Origin: an uncultured bacterium
GTDB lineage: Bacteria; Patescibacteriota; Minisyncoccia; UBA6257; GWB1-50-10
Direction: 5' to 3'
Length of the DNA: 64,000 nt
Assembly: GCA_963722655.1 (NCBI GenBank)
Contig: CAVRNT010000001.1
Span: forward strand, 313,808-377,807
The position numbers were made by a program, and so were the translations under genes. The notes under the pieces are model-generated. The model was given only the letters and a program-made list of their open reading frames with translations, was not told the origin of the DNA and did not search any database. Positions 1 to 8,620 of the stretch are shown in pieces. Every line of letters starts with the position of its first letter. The first letter of the stretch is position 1.

Positions 1-287
1 CTTTGGGGGTATTGCCACTGCTCCCAAGCGGAAACGGCGTCTTTATTGAAAATATCATCGACTTCGAACGCGGCCTGGATGACTAGGATGTAAGGGACGT
101 AGCCCAGAATGCCGAAGGTGACCTCGCGGCCGTCGATTTTCCTCTTCTCCTCGCCGATCGAGACGAGATGGGGGACGGAGGAGGGGAAATAGTGCGGTCC
201 GCTCTTTACGGTCGGCGTGCGGAAAACGCTGCCGCGGATAGCCTTCGGCACTTCGCCGAGGACCAAGGTGGTGAGCTGGTTCTTCAT
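1..287 (-). CDS. Hypothetical protein, 5' part only (runs off the window edge)
   Basis: Translated by hand: ATG at 287, open frame MKNQLTTLVLGEVPKAIRGSVFRTPTVKSGPHYF... to the window edge; host-like codon usage; divergent from secD. Confidence 0.6.
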   Translation of the reverse strand, partial: MKNQLTTLVLGEVPKAIRGSVFRTPTVKSGPHYFPSSVPHLVSIGEEKRKIDGREVTFGILGYVPYILVIQAAFEVDDIFNKDAVSAWEQWQYPQ

Positions 288-326
288 ATATTGCCTTCTA
301 TTTTTTCTTATTATACACTAAAGTCC

Positions 327-1631
327 GTGATCGCCCGACAAAGATTAGCGGCTATTCTGGTCTTCTTGGTCCTCCTCGCGATAGGAGCGGCCATTTTTGA
401 TTACGATCCGGTCTGGACGCAGATCAGTTCCTTCCGCAAGTGGACGCTCGGGCTGGACCTCGCGGGCGGCAGCTTGCTGACCTACGATATCGACCTCTCG
501 AAGGTCCCGGCGGCCGACCAAACTTCCGTGGTCTCCGGCCTCCGCGATGTCATCGAAAAGCGCGTTAACCTCTTCGGCGTGAGCGAACCTCGGGTCTACA
601 CGGAGCAGAGCGCGGGCGAGACGCGCCTCGTCGTGGAACTCGCGGGCGTCAAGGACGTCGCGGACGCCATCAAGGAGATCGGCGCGACGCCGTTTTTGGA
701 TTTCCGCGAGGTCGTAATGTCAACCTCCACGCCCGCCGCGACCTCGACCCTCTTAGCCTCTTCGACCGACGCCGGCTACAGCTTCATCCTCACGCCGCTT
801 AACGGCCGGTACGTCATCGGTGCCCAAGTGACGCTCGATCAGTACACCCGGCAACCGCAGGTCGCCATCGAGTTCAACAACGATGGTGCGAAGCTTTTCG
901 GCGAAATCACGACGCGGAACGTCGGCAAACCGCTTGCCATCTTTTTGGACGGCCAACTCATTGAGATGCCGACCGTCCAAGAGGCCATCACCGGCGGCAA
1001 GGCCGTTATCACCGGCAACTTCACGCTCGCGACCGCCCAGACGCTCGCCGAGCGCTTCAACGCCGGGGCGTTGCCCGCGCCGATCACCCTCGTGAACCAG
1101 CAGACCGTCTCGTCCGATTTCGGCGCGAACGCCTTGGACCGCGCGGTCTTCGCCGGGCTCCTCGGGACGCTCGCCGTGATGCTCTTTATGATAATCTACT
1201 ACCGCAAGTTTGGCCTTTTCGCCGCCGCGGCGCTTTTGATGTACATCGCTCTCACCCTCGCCGTCTTCAAGATTGTGCCGGTCACGATGTCCCTTTCGGG
1301 CATCGCCGGTTTCATCCTTTCGATCGGCATGGCCGTGGACGCGAACGTCCTGGTCTTCGAGCGCACCAAAGAGGAGATCCGCAAGGGATTAAGCCACTAC
1401 TCGGCGGTTGAGGAGGGCTTCAAACGGGCCTGGACATCCATTCGCGACTCAAATGTTTCAACGATGATAACCGCAGCCGTTCTTTACTACGGTACCTCGA
1501 GCTTCGTCCAAGGCTTCGCTCTCACGCTCTTCCTCGGCGTCGTAATGTCGATGTTCTCGGCCATCACCATCACCCGAACGATGATGCGGGTCTTCTACGG
1601 CCGGAGCGAAGATAAACCAAATGCTAAATAA
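327..1631 (+). CDS. secD: Protein translocase subunit SecD
   Basis: LGLDLAGG, RVNLFGVSEP, IGMAVDANVLVFER, GFALTL motifs; start moved to GTG327, 7 nt after a TACACT -10 box. Confidence 0.95.
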   Translation: MIARQRLAAILVFLVLLAIGAAIFDYDPVWTQISSFRKWTLGLDLAGGSLLTYDIDLSKVPAADQTSVVSGLRDVIEKRVNLFGVSEPRVYTEQSAGETRLVVELAGVKDVADAIKEIGATPFLDFREVVMSTSTPAATSTLLASSTDAGYSFILTPLNGRYVIGAQVTLDQYTRQPQVAIEFNNDGAKLFGEITTRNVGKPLAIFLDGQLIEMPTVQEAITGGKAVITGNFTLATAQTLAERFNAGALPAPITLVNQQTVSSDFGANALDRAVFAGLLGTLAVMLFMIIYYRKFGLFAAAALLMYIALTLAVFKIVPVTMSLSGIAGFILSIGMAVDANVLVFERTKEEIRKGLSHYSAVEEGFKRAWTSIRDSNVSTMITAAVLYYGTSSFVQGFALTLFLGVVMSMFSAITITRTMMRVFYGRSEDKPNAK

Positions 1632-2520
1632 CACCCTTAAGTACAAAAATTACTTCCTCGGATTTTCCGCGACGCTCGTCATCGCTGCTTGGGTCTGCAT
1701 CGCCGTCTTCGGCCTCCGGCCCGGTATCGACCTCAAAGGCGGAACGGAATGGCAGTTTTCGGTCGCAAAGAGCGGCGTGACCGCCGCCGATGTCCAGAAC
1801 GTCATCACCGCGGCGGGGCAGGAGAAGAACGTCCAGGTCACGGCCGAAGCCGACGGCAGCTTCCTCGTGAAGCTCCCGGCCGTGAGCGAAGAGGAACACC
1901 AAGCTGACCTCGCGGCGCTCCAAAGCGCCTTCGGCGGCGTCGACGAGAAGAACTTTTCGAGCATCGGTCCAGCGATTGGCGCGGAGCTCGCAGTCAAGTC
2001 CGAATGGGCCATCTTCTTCGTCCTCGTCGCCATCTCCTTTTACATCGCCTATGCCTTCCGCAAGGTCTCGCAGCCGAAGTCGTGGAAGTACGGCTTGGTG
2101 ACCCTCGCGACCCTCGTCCACGACGTTTCGATCCCGGCCGGGCTCCTCGCCGTCCTCGGCGTCTTGAAGGGGGTGGAGATAGACTCGAACTTCATCGTCG
2201 CTCTCCTCGTCGTGATGGGCTTCTCGGTCCACGACACGATCGTCGTCTTCGACCGCATCCGCGAGAACGTCATGCTCCACCGCGGTAAAAAGACCGGCTT
2301 TTATGAGATCGTGAACATGAGCGTCGAAGAGACCTTCGCCCGGTCGGTGAACACTTCCCTCACGCTCTTCCTCGTCCTTTTGGCCCTCATTTTCTTCGGT
2401 CCGCCATCGCTTTTCTACTTCGTCCTCACCATCCTCGTCGGGACGATCTTCGGCACCTATTCCTCCATCTTCGTGGCCAGTCCGCTCCTCTACCTTTGGC
2501 AAAGGAAACATGAAGGGTAG
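1621..2520 (+). CDS. secF: Protein translocase subunit SecF
   Basis: GIDLKGG, HDV, GFSVHDTIVVFDRIRE, RSVNTS, GTYSSIFVASP motifs; overlaps the end of secD. Confidence 0.95.
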   Translation: MLNNTLKYKNYFLGFSATLVIAAWVCIAVFGLRPGIDLKGGTEWQFSVAKSGVTAADVQNVITAAGQEKNVQVTAEADGSFLVKLPAVSEEEHQADLAALQSAFGGVDEKNFSSIGPAIGAELAVKSEWAIFFVLVAISFYIAYAFRKVSQPKSWKYGLVTLATLVHDVSIPAGLLAVLGVLKGVEIDSNFIVALLVVMGFSVHDTIVVFDRIRENVMLHRGKKTGFYEIVNMSVEETFARSVNTSLTLFLVLLALIFFGPPSLFYFVLTILVGTIFGTYSSIFVASPLLYLWQRKHEG

Positions 2521-2563
2521 GAGGATTAGCCCTCTTCGGGAGTTGCGGTATGGTGTGGGGGGG

Positions 2564-2592
2564 TTGACGCTAAAAAAGGCTTGTGCTAGTAT
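2564..2592 (+). promoter_or_regulatory. Sigma70-type promoter
   Basis: TTGACG-17 nt-TAGTAT with TG extension, upstream of ATG2608. Confidence 0.65.
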
Positions 2593-2607
2593 TTAAATCA
2601 ATTGGTT

Positions 2608-3636
2608 ATGGCTAAGGACACGCAAAACATCGACCAGCTTTTGGAAGGCCTTTTCGCCGATTTCACGCCCAAGCAGCGCCGGGTTTTGACCGGCCGTTTC
2701 GGTTTGAAGAGCGGCGCCCACCAGACGCTCCAGGCGATCGGCGACGAGCTCAAGATCACGCGGGAAAGGGTCCGCCAGATCGAGGAACAGGCGATGAAGA
2801 AGATCGCGAAGCGGGTGGAGAAGGAGGCCAATTGGATATTGGAGGCCGCCGAGAAGCATCTGCGGACCTCGGGCGGCGTGCGCCGCGATGACGTCTTCCT
2901 AAAAGAGATGGTCCACAACCTGCATCTGCCCTCGAGCGTGAAGTTCCCGGAGCGGAAACTTTCCTTCCTTTTCATCGTGGCCAAAAAGCCCGAGCTTGCG
3001 AAGGAGACCGACGAGATGAACGGTTACTGGTTCATCGACGAGAAGGCCAAGACCAAGTTCCAGGATTTCATCAAGGAGGTCCACAATTTCCTCAAGTCCT
3101 CCCGGAAGGAAGAGGTCTTGAACAAGAAGTCCTACCAGACCTATTGCAAGAACCTGGTCTCCTATCATCTGCTTTCCATCCCGAAGTTCTTCGGTACGAA
3201 CGTCTTCGGAGATTTCGGCCTCAAGGACTGGCCGGAGATCGAGCCTAAGACCATCCGCGACAAGGTCTATTTGGTCCTCCGCAAGCACGAGGCCCCGCTC
3301 CACTTCGAGCACATCGCGAACTACATCGCGAAGTACGGCTTGGACAAAAAACCGGCGCACGTCCAGACGGTGCACAACGAACTCATCAAGGACGATCGCT
3401 TCGTTCTCGTGGGCCGCGGCATCTACGCTTTGAAGGAGCACGGCTTCGAGAAGGGGACGGTCCGCGAGGTCATCGCGCGGCTCCTCAAAAAGCACGGATC
3501 ACTTAGCTCCACGGAGGTCGTGAAGCTCGTGAACGAGCAGCGCTGGCTCAAGGAGAACACCATCCTTTTGAACCTCCAGAACCGCCGGTACTTCCGCCGC
3601 ACCCAAAACGGCCGGTACGAGATAAGAGAGGCATAA
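2608..3636 (+). CDS. Sigma-70 region 4 HTH plus C-terminal HARE-HTH (RNAP delta-like) domain protein
   Basis: N-terminal RFGL...TLQAIGDELKITRERVRQIE (sigma region 4); C-terminal PLHFEHIA...QTVHNELIKDDRFVLVGRGIYAL winged helix; no sigma region 2. Confidence 0.75.
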   Translation: MAKDTQNIDQLLEGLFADFTPKQRRVLTGRFGLKSGAHQTLQAIGDELKITRERVRQIEEQAMKKIAKRVEKEANWILEAAEKHLRTSGGVRRDDVFLKEMVHNLHLPSSVKFPERKLSFLFIVAKKPELAKETDEMNGYWFIDEKAKTKFQDFIKEVHNFLKSSRKEEVLNKKSYQTYCKNLVSYHLLSIPKFFGTNVFGDFGLKDWPEIEPKTIRDKVYLVLRKHEAPLHFEHIANYIAKYGLDKKPAHVQTVHNELIKDDRFVLVGRGIYALKEHGFEKGTVREVIARLLKKHGSLSSTEVVKLVNEQRWLKENTILLNLQNRRYFRRTQNGRYEIREA

Positions 3637-3659
3637 TCAGGCCCGACGAATTACTTATG

Positions 3660-3689
3660 AACCCGCGCCAAAGGCGCGGGTTTGGTTTA
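3660..3689 (+). terminator. Intrinsic terminator
   Basis: AACCCGCGCC-AAA-GGCGCGGGTT hairpin followed by a T-rich tail, just after the stop at 3636. Confidence 0.6.
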
Positions 3690-3761
3690 ACCAAGGCAGT
3701 TATTGACTCAGCTATTACGAAAGAAGTATCCTTATGCCGGTTCGATAAAAACGGAGGAATT

Positions 3762-3980
3762 ATGTCATCGAAGAATAAGGACGAAGTCTTAAGGGACATC
3801 AAAGCCCATCCTGAAAATCACCAGCATAATTTTATGGGATTGCAGCAATGTTGCACCATCGACAATGCTATCAATTTAGAACTGATGGAAGCCCATTCAA
3901 AGTTTGCGAGCACCGGTACAAATGGTGGGGTCGAATGTGATGTCACTGAAGGCCCCTGCGCTTGTGGCGCTTGGCATTAA
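3762..3980 (+). CDS. Small Cys/His-rich hypothetical protein (72 aa)
   Basis: GGAGG SD before ATG3762; HxH, CC and CDVxxGPCACGAWH motifs; downstream hairpin AAGAGATGG...CCATCTCTT plus T-run. Confidence 0.75.
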   Translation: MSSKNKDEVLRDIKAHPENHQHNFMGLQQCCTIDNAINLELMEAHSKFASTGTNGGVECDVTEGPCACGAWH

Positions 3981-4198
3981 ACTCGACTAGGTGACGTAAG
4001 TTTAAGAGATGGTTCGATCAGGCCATCTCTTTTTATTTCTCTATCTCCGGCACATAAATAACACCATTCAATCTCTCCACCACGGTTCTAACGTCGTCCA
4101 CAGTGCGGAGCTGACGATGATTGACTAACGCCGCCATAAGGTGGTATTTTATTATCAGTAATAAGTTTCACAAAATAAACCAAGAAAGCAGGCGCGAG

Positions 4199-4618
4199 TT
4201 GAAAGATCTTAATGCAATTTCCCAAAAAACTGGCATATCCGTAGCCAGCCTAAAAAAAGCACTCAGTATTCCGATGGAGCCGTGTCCCGCAAAAACTGTC
4301 GATGAAGCCAAGAAAATTTATGATCTCGCCCAGAGTGGTAGCGAGGAGGAAAAGACAGCGTTTGCAAAATGGAATGAGCTTTCCATGGGGGAGGTTGATG
4401 CTGCAAAAACCGTCTGTGAAATACGGAAGGCCTACCAGGACTCTCCTGATGATAGCGAGGCAAGGAAAGCAGCGCATGCAAAATGGGACGTACTTTCCTT
4501 GAAGGAAGTTGATACCGCAAAGACCGTCGATGAAGTAATGGTTGCCTTACAGAATGCCCCACACAGTGACAGTAAGGCAAAAAAGGAGGCAATCATCAAA
4601 ATCTACGAACTTTTTTGA
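4199..4618 (+). CDS. Hypothetical protein: N-terminal HTH-like segment plus 2.8 copies of a 38-aa helical repeat
   Basis: Repeat units start AKTVDEA / AKTVCEI / AKTVDEV; TTG start at 4199 inferred; terminator-like hairpin at about 4655-4688. Confidence 0.7.
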   Translation: MKDLNAISQKTGISVASLKKALSIPMEPCPAKTVDEAKKIYDLAQSGSEEEKTAFAKWNELSMGEVDAAKTVCEIRKAYQDSPDDSEARKAAHAKWDVLSLKEVDTAKTVDEVMVALQNAPHSDSKAKKEAIIKIYELF

Positions 4619-4829
4619 ACACCGATTTCAAATCTCTTGTAGGAGAAATAATCCCCACCATAGCTAGAGAGTTATGGTGGTTTTTTATCGCAATCGCGAA
4701 CAGAGACCTGCTCCGGCTGGCGAGAATGGTGGTCCGAACATCGGCTAGCGTGCGGAGCTGAGCAAAAGAAAAAGCCCATTGAACGAATCAATAAGGGCCT
4801 TTTCTGTTAATGGTCCTAATCGGTACGCT

Positions 4830-5213
4830 CTACACAAACCCTTTATAAAGCAGGATCAAACCTAGGACGAACGCAACGATTCCGCCGAAAATAAGTATAC
4901 CGTCCTTATTGGCCCACCTGTACAGTGAAACGGAGGAATTCGGGAAGAGAAGAAGAAAGCCCCCTTTTATTACAGTTAGCCAGCCGAGAACCGTGATTAA
5001 CAATGACAGCAAACCGGAGGTCCAGATATTATTTAGCACGACAATCACGGCACCCATGGCTAGAATGAGAAAGCCCCACAACCACAAGAATCCTCGGTCC
5101 TGAACAGTCTTTTCAAGGGCGGCGGCCACACTCTTTCTGTCCATAACTACCGATAGGCCCATTACCGCGAGAAGAATCCCTAGAAATTGGGCAATAGCGA
5201 TGGAGGTATTCAT
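4830..5213 (-). CDS. Four-TM hypothetical membrane protein
   Basis: 127-aa ORF with four hydrophobic segments; N-x-W and GW motifs. Confidence 0.75.
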   Translation of the reverse strand: MNTSIAIAQFLGILLAVMGLSVVMDRKSVAAALEKTVQDRGFLWLWGFLILAMGAVIVVLNNIWTSGLLSLLITVLGWLTVIKGGFLLLFPNSSVSLYRWANKDGILIFGGIVAFVLGLILLYKGFV

Positions 5214-5350
5214 TTATTTATATCCACAACTACTATAAGATCGACCTTTTGAGCTATTATAACTCTTTAAGGGTAGTTGCGTCGTCCTCGCAATGGGTTT
5301 GAAACTGCACCTTAAAAATGTACAATAAGTATTGAATACGCTTTTGCCCT

Positions 5351-6748
5351 ATGTTCGGCGACCTAGCCAAGGAAATAGCTACGTTTTTCGAGGAGCTTTT
5401 TAGCCGCGAAGAGACGTGGGCGATCCTCTTCATTGCGGGCGTCGCCGGCGCGATCGCGGTGCCCTTCATCGGTTTGAGCGCGCTCCTCAAGGCGCTCTTG
5501 GATTTCTTGGGCCTCACCTGGTGGTTATGGCTCTTTTTGCTTTTGTTCTTCACTTGGCGGTCGCTGTGGGTTTACTGGAGGAACGAGGTCTTCAAGGGCA
5601 AGATCGAGTACGCTTTTCTTGAGCTCCGCGTCCCGCGGGTGATGGAAAAGAGCCCGCAGGCGATGGAGCAAGTCCTCGCGACCTTGAGCTCCCTCCGCAA
5701 CACGGCGGACACCATCAAAGACAAGTACATCGACGGCATGGTCACCCGCTGGTACTCGCTCGAGATGGTCTCCTTCGGCGGCGAGGTGCACCTTTTCATT
5801 CGGTGCCCGAAGGACCTGGTGCAGGTCGTCGAGGCCGCCTTTTTCGGCTACTACCCGGATATGGACATCCTCGAAGCGACGGACTATGTGCCGAACCTAC
5901 CAAAGACGCTTGAGGAGATCGAGGGGCGCGACCTCGACTTCTGGGGGACGGAGATGATCCTGGACAAAGAAGACGCCTACCCGATAAAGAGCTACAAATA
6001 TTTCGAAAGTGAGGCGGAGGAAAAACAGTTCGACCCGATCTCGGCCTTCTTGGAAATCCTCGGCAAGGTCCAGAAGGACGAGACCCTGGGGATCCAGTTG
6101 CTCCTCGAGCCCGGCGATCCGAAGTGGAAGGACGAATGGGAGGACCTCTTAAACGAGCTCAAGAAAAAAAAGACCGCGCCCGCGGCGCCCGGCGAGACGG
6201 CCGATTTTTCGGCCCTGATGCGTTCACCCGGCGAGACGGACGTGCTGAAGGCCGTCGAGATGAACCTTTCGAAGCCCGCCTTCAAGACGCTTATCCGCTG
6301 GGTCTACCTCGCGCCCAAGACCACGTTCTACAAGAGTTTGACGCGGGGCGGCATCGCTTCCGCCTTCAACCAATACAGCGCCTTGAATATGAATTTTTTC
6401 AGGTCCAACCGCGACGTTGCGACCTCGACCGATCTGTGGCGGAAGCCCTACCTCTTCGCTAAGAGCCGCCTTGCGATGCGGAAGCGCCGGATGCTCTTCA
6501 ACTTCCTGCATCGCGAGCTCCCGCCGCAGACCGAGATGGGGCATTTCGTCGCCTCGACGCCTTTCACTCGGACGAAGAAGACCAAGCGCTATCACCTGAA
6601 CCTCGAAAGCGTCGCTTCGCTCTTCCACTTGCCGACGGGCGTGGTTCTCACCGCGCCGCACCTGCCGCGGATGGAGAGCCGTAAGACGGGGCCGCCGGCG
6701 GGACTGCCGATCTACGGCGGGGAAGAAGAGATCCAAAAATACACCTAG
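5351..6748 (+). CDS. CPR-type membrane protein (DUF8128-like) associated with VirD4-like ATPases
   Basis: Two N-terminal TMs; LELRVPR..KSPQAMEQV, SLEM, YPIKSY..F, DPIS, ELASLFHLP-like motifs; first gene of the ATPase operon. Confidence 0.7.
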   Translation: MFGDLAKEIATFFEELFSREETWAILFIAGVAGAIAVPFIGLSALLKALLDFLGLTWWLWLFLLLFFTWRSLWVYWRNEVFKGKIEYAFLELRVPRVMEKSPQAMEQVLATLSSLRNTADTIKDKYIDGMVTRWYSLEMVSFGGEVHLFIRCPKDLVQVVEAAFFGYYPDMDILEATDYVPNLPKTLEEIEGRDLDFWGTEMILDKEDAYPIKSYKYFESEAEEKQFDPISAFLEILGKVQKDETLGIQLLLEPGDPKWKDEWEDLLNELKKKKTAPAAPGETADFSALMRSPGETDVLKAVEMNLSKPAFKTLIRWVYLAPKTTFYKSLTRGGIASAFNQYSALNMNFFRSNRDVATSTDLWRKPYLFAKSRLAMRKRRMLFNFLHRELPPQTEMGHFVASTPFTRTKKTKRYHLNLESVASLFHLPTGVVLTAPHLPRMESRKTGPPAGLPIYGGEEEIQKYT

Positions 6749-6751
6749 CAG

Positions 6752-7285
6752 ATGTCCTCTTTTCTTAATCCGATACTGGGAACGATCATCGGCTTGCCGT
6801 GGGTCGGCTTTTACGACCTCTCACGGGTGATCTTCATCATTTTGGACGTCATTCTCGTTTTCGCTCTGATCTACACCTACCGCCGGGCGCTCGAGGTCCG
6901 GCCGCAGAATTGGTTCTACGGTTCGGCGGAACCGCGGGAGGGGCACCAGCACGCCTTCGACGTGCCGCGCTACCGCGCCCATTGGGACGGCATCTTGGCC
7001 CACGCCGAGGACGCTCCGCCGCAATCTTTGACCTTGGCCGTAATCGCCGCCGATAATCTGGTGGACGACGCCTTGAAGGAAGTGGGCCTCGCGGGCGAGC
7101 ACATGGCTGACCGCTTGGAACAGCTCCACCGATCGGATCTGCCGAGCTTGGACGACCTCTGGCGGGCGCACCGGATCCGGAACGACCTGGTCCACACCGT
7201 CGGCTTCACGCTCACGCCGAACGAGACGCGGGAAGTGCTGGGCGTTTACGAGAAGTTCCTATTGGAGCTCGGAGCGCTGGAGTAA
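6752..7285 (+). CDS. Membrane-anchored HEPN/DUF4145-like protein
   Basis: One TM, then LAVIAADNLVDDAL...G..MADRL...LWRAHRIRNDLVH containing RxxxxH. Confidence 0.6.
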   Translation: MSSFLNPILGTIIGLPWVGFYDLSRVIFIILDVILVFALIYTYRRALEVRPQNWFYGSAEPREGHQHAFDVPRYRAHWDGILAHAEDAPPQSLTLAVIAADNLVDDALKEVGLAGEHMADRLEQLHRSDLPSLDDLWRAHRIRNDLVHTVGFTLTPNETREVLGVYEKFLLELGALE

Positions 7286-7288
7286 AAA

Positions 7289-8608
7289 ATGGCCAACAAC
7301 ATCCGGGAAACTAAGATCCAGTCGGTGAAGCTCGCCCCGCCGCCGCCGGGACTCCCGGTCTACGGCCGGGTGGGAAGCCGGGAGGTCTCGTTCATCGGCC
7401 GGACGAACTATGTCGCGGCCTTGGAGGAAAAGAAGTTCATTTTCGGCATTAAACGCTCGGATCGCCTCCACCATGTTTACGTCATCGGTAAGAGCGGTGT
7501 CGGGAAATCGAAGCTCTTGGAAGTTATGGCGCGCCAGGATATCGCCTCGGGCGAGGGCATTCTCTTCTTGGATCATCACGGCGAGCTCGTCTCGTCCATT
7601 TTGGATTTCATTCCGGAAGAGCGCGTCAACGACGTCACCGTCGTGGATTTTTCGGACAGAAACTCGCCGCTCGTGTGGAATCCGCTTGCGGACGTGCCCG
7701 CTCCGGTCCGCCATCAGTTCGCCCAAAGTTTCGTTGAGATAATGATGAAGCAGTTCGACGGCAACTGGACCTTGCACATGGAGCACCTTTCGAGAATGCT
7801 CGCCCTCGCTCTTTTGGAGCGGCCGGAAGCGAACTTAAACGGCATGATCTTAATGCTATCGGACGGCGCTTTCCGGGCCGAAACGGCCGCGCGCCTCACC
7901 GATGAGGCCGTGCGCCATTTTTGGGTTTCGGAATTCGACCTCTGGAAAGAAAAATACGAATCGGAAGCGGTCCTGCCTCTTACGAACAAGCTTTCTCAAT
8001 TCCTTCGCTATCCGTTCCTTGAGCCCGTGTTCCGGTCGGCGGCGAACAAACTTGATCTTGCGAAGCTCGTGGAAGGAAAGAAGATCGTGCTCGTGAACCT
8101 CGCGCGGGAGAAGATAGGCGAGGCGAACGCGGATTTTCTGGGGCTTCTTTGGATCGCCAAACTCAAGCAGATCGGTATGATGCGGGAGGATGGAAGCGCG
8201 GCCAAGACCTTTTACGTTTATCTGGACGAGTTCAATCATTTCGTGACGTCGACCTTTCAAAACCTTCTCGGTGAGGCAGGTCGTTTCGGTTTCGCGCTCA
8301 CGCTGGCTCATCAGTACATCGGCCAGTTGGCCGACGGTTTCATTGCCGCCATCTTCGCGAACGTGGGGACACTCATCGTTTTTAGGGTGAGCGGTGAGGA
8401 CGCCGCAAAGCTCGAATCGGAGATGGACCCGGTCTTTAAGGCCCGGGACATGATCAATTTGGGCACGCGCCAGTTCTACATCCGGATGATCATCGACGGC
8501 GAGACCTACGACCCGTTCTCGGCGGAGGTCTTGAAGGTCCTGCCGCCGACGCATTCTTCACTCCGGGCAAGGGTCTTGGAGAACACGCGGAACCAATTCG
8601 GGTTATAA
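7289..8608 (+). CDS. VirD4/TraG/HerA-like P-loop ATPase (paralog 1)
   Basis: Walker A GKSGVGKS, Walker B YLDEF, LTLAHQY, NVGTLIVFRV. Confidence 0.85.
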   Translation: MANNIRETKIQSVKLAPPPPGLPVYGRVGSREVSFIGRTNYVAALEEKKFIFGIKRSDRLHHVYVIGKSGVGKSKLLEVMARQDIASGEGILFLDHHGELVSSILDFIPEERVNDVTVVDFSDRNSPLVWNPLADVPAPVRHQFAQSFVEIMMKQFDGNWTLHMEHLSRMLALALLERPEANLNGMILMLSDGAFRAETAARLTDEAVRHFWVSEFDLWKEKYESEAVLPLTNKLSQFLRYPFLEPVFRSAANKLDLAKLVEGKKIVLVNLAREKIGEANADFLGLLWIAKLKQIGMMREDGSAAKTFYVYLDEFNHFVTSTFQNLLGEAGRFGFALTLAHQYIGQLADGFIAAIFANVGTLIVFRVSGEDAAKLESEMDPVFKARDMINLGTRQFYIRMIIDGETYDPFSAEVLKVLPPTHSSLRARVLENTRNQFGL

Positions 8609-8620
8609 TGATAAGCACTA

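Noticed and set aside
3640-5260. Integron cassette array
   Set aside because: No attC-like RYYYAAC...GTTRRRY folds follow the stop codons, the genes have their own promoters, one is inverted, and no integrase is present.
5255-5280. TATAACTCTTTAAGGGTAG resembling the 23S rRNA I-CeuI site, sharing CTTTAAGGGTAG with 34668
   Set aside because: The match is short and imperfect with no surrounding rRNA sequence, so it is probably chance.
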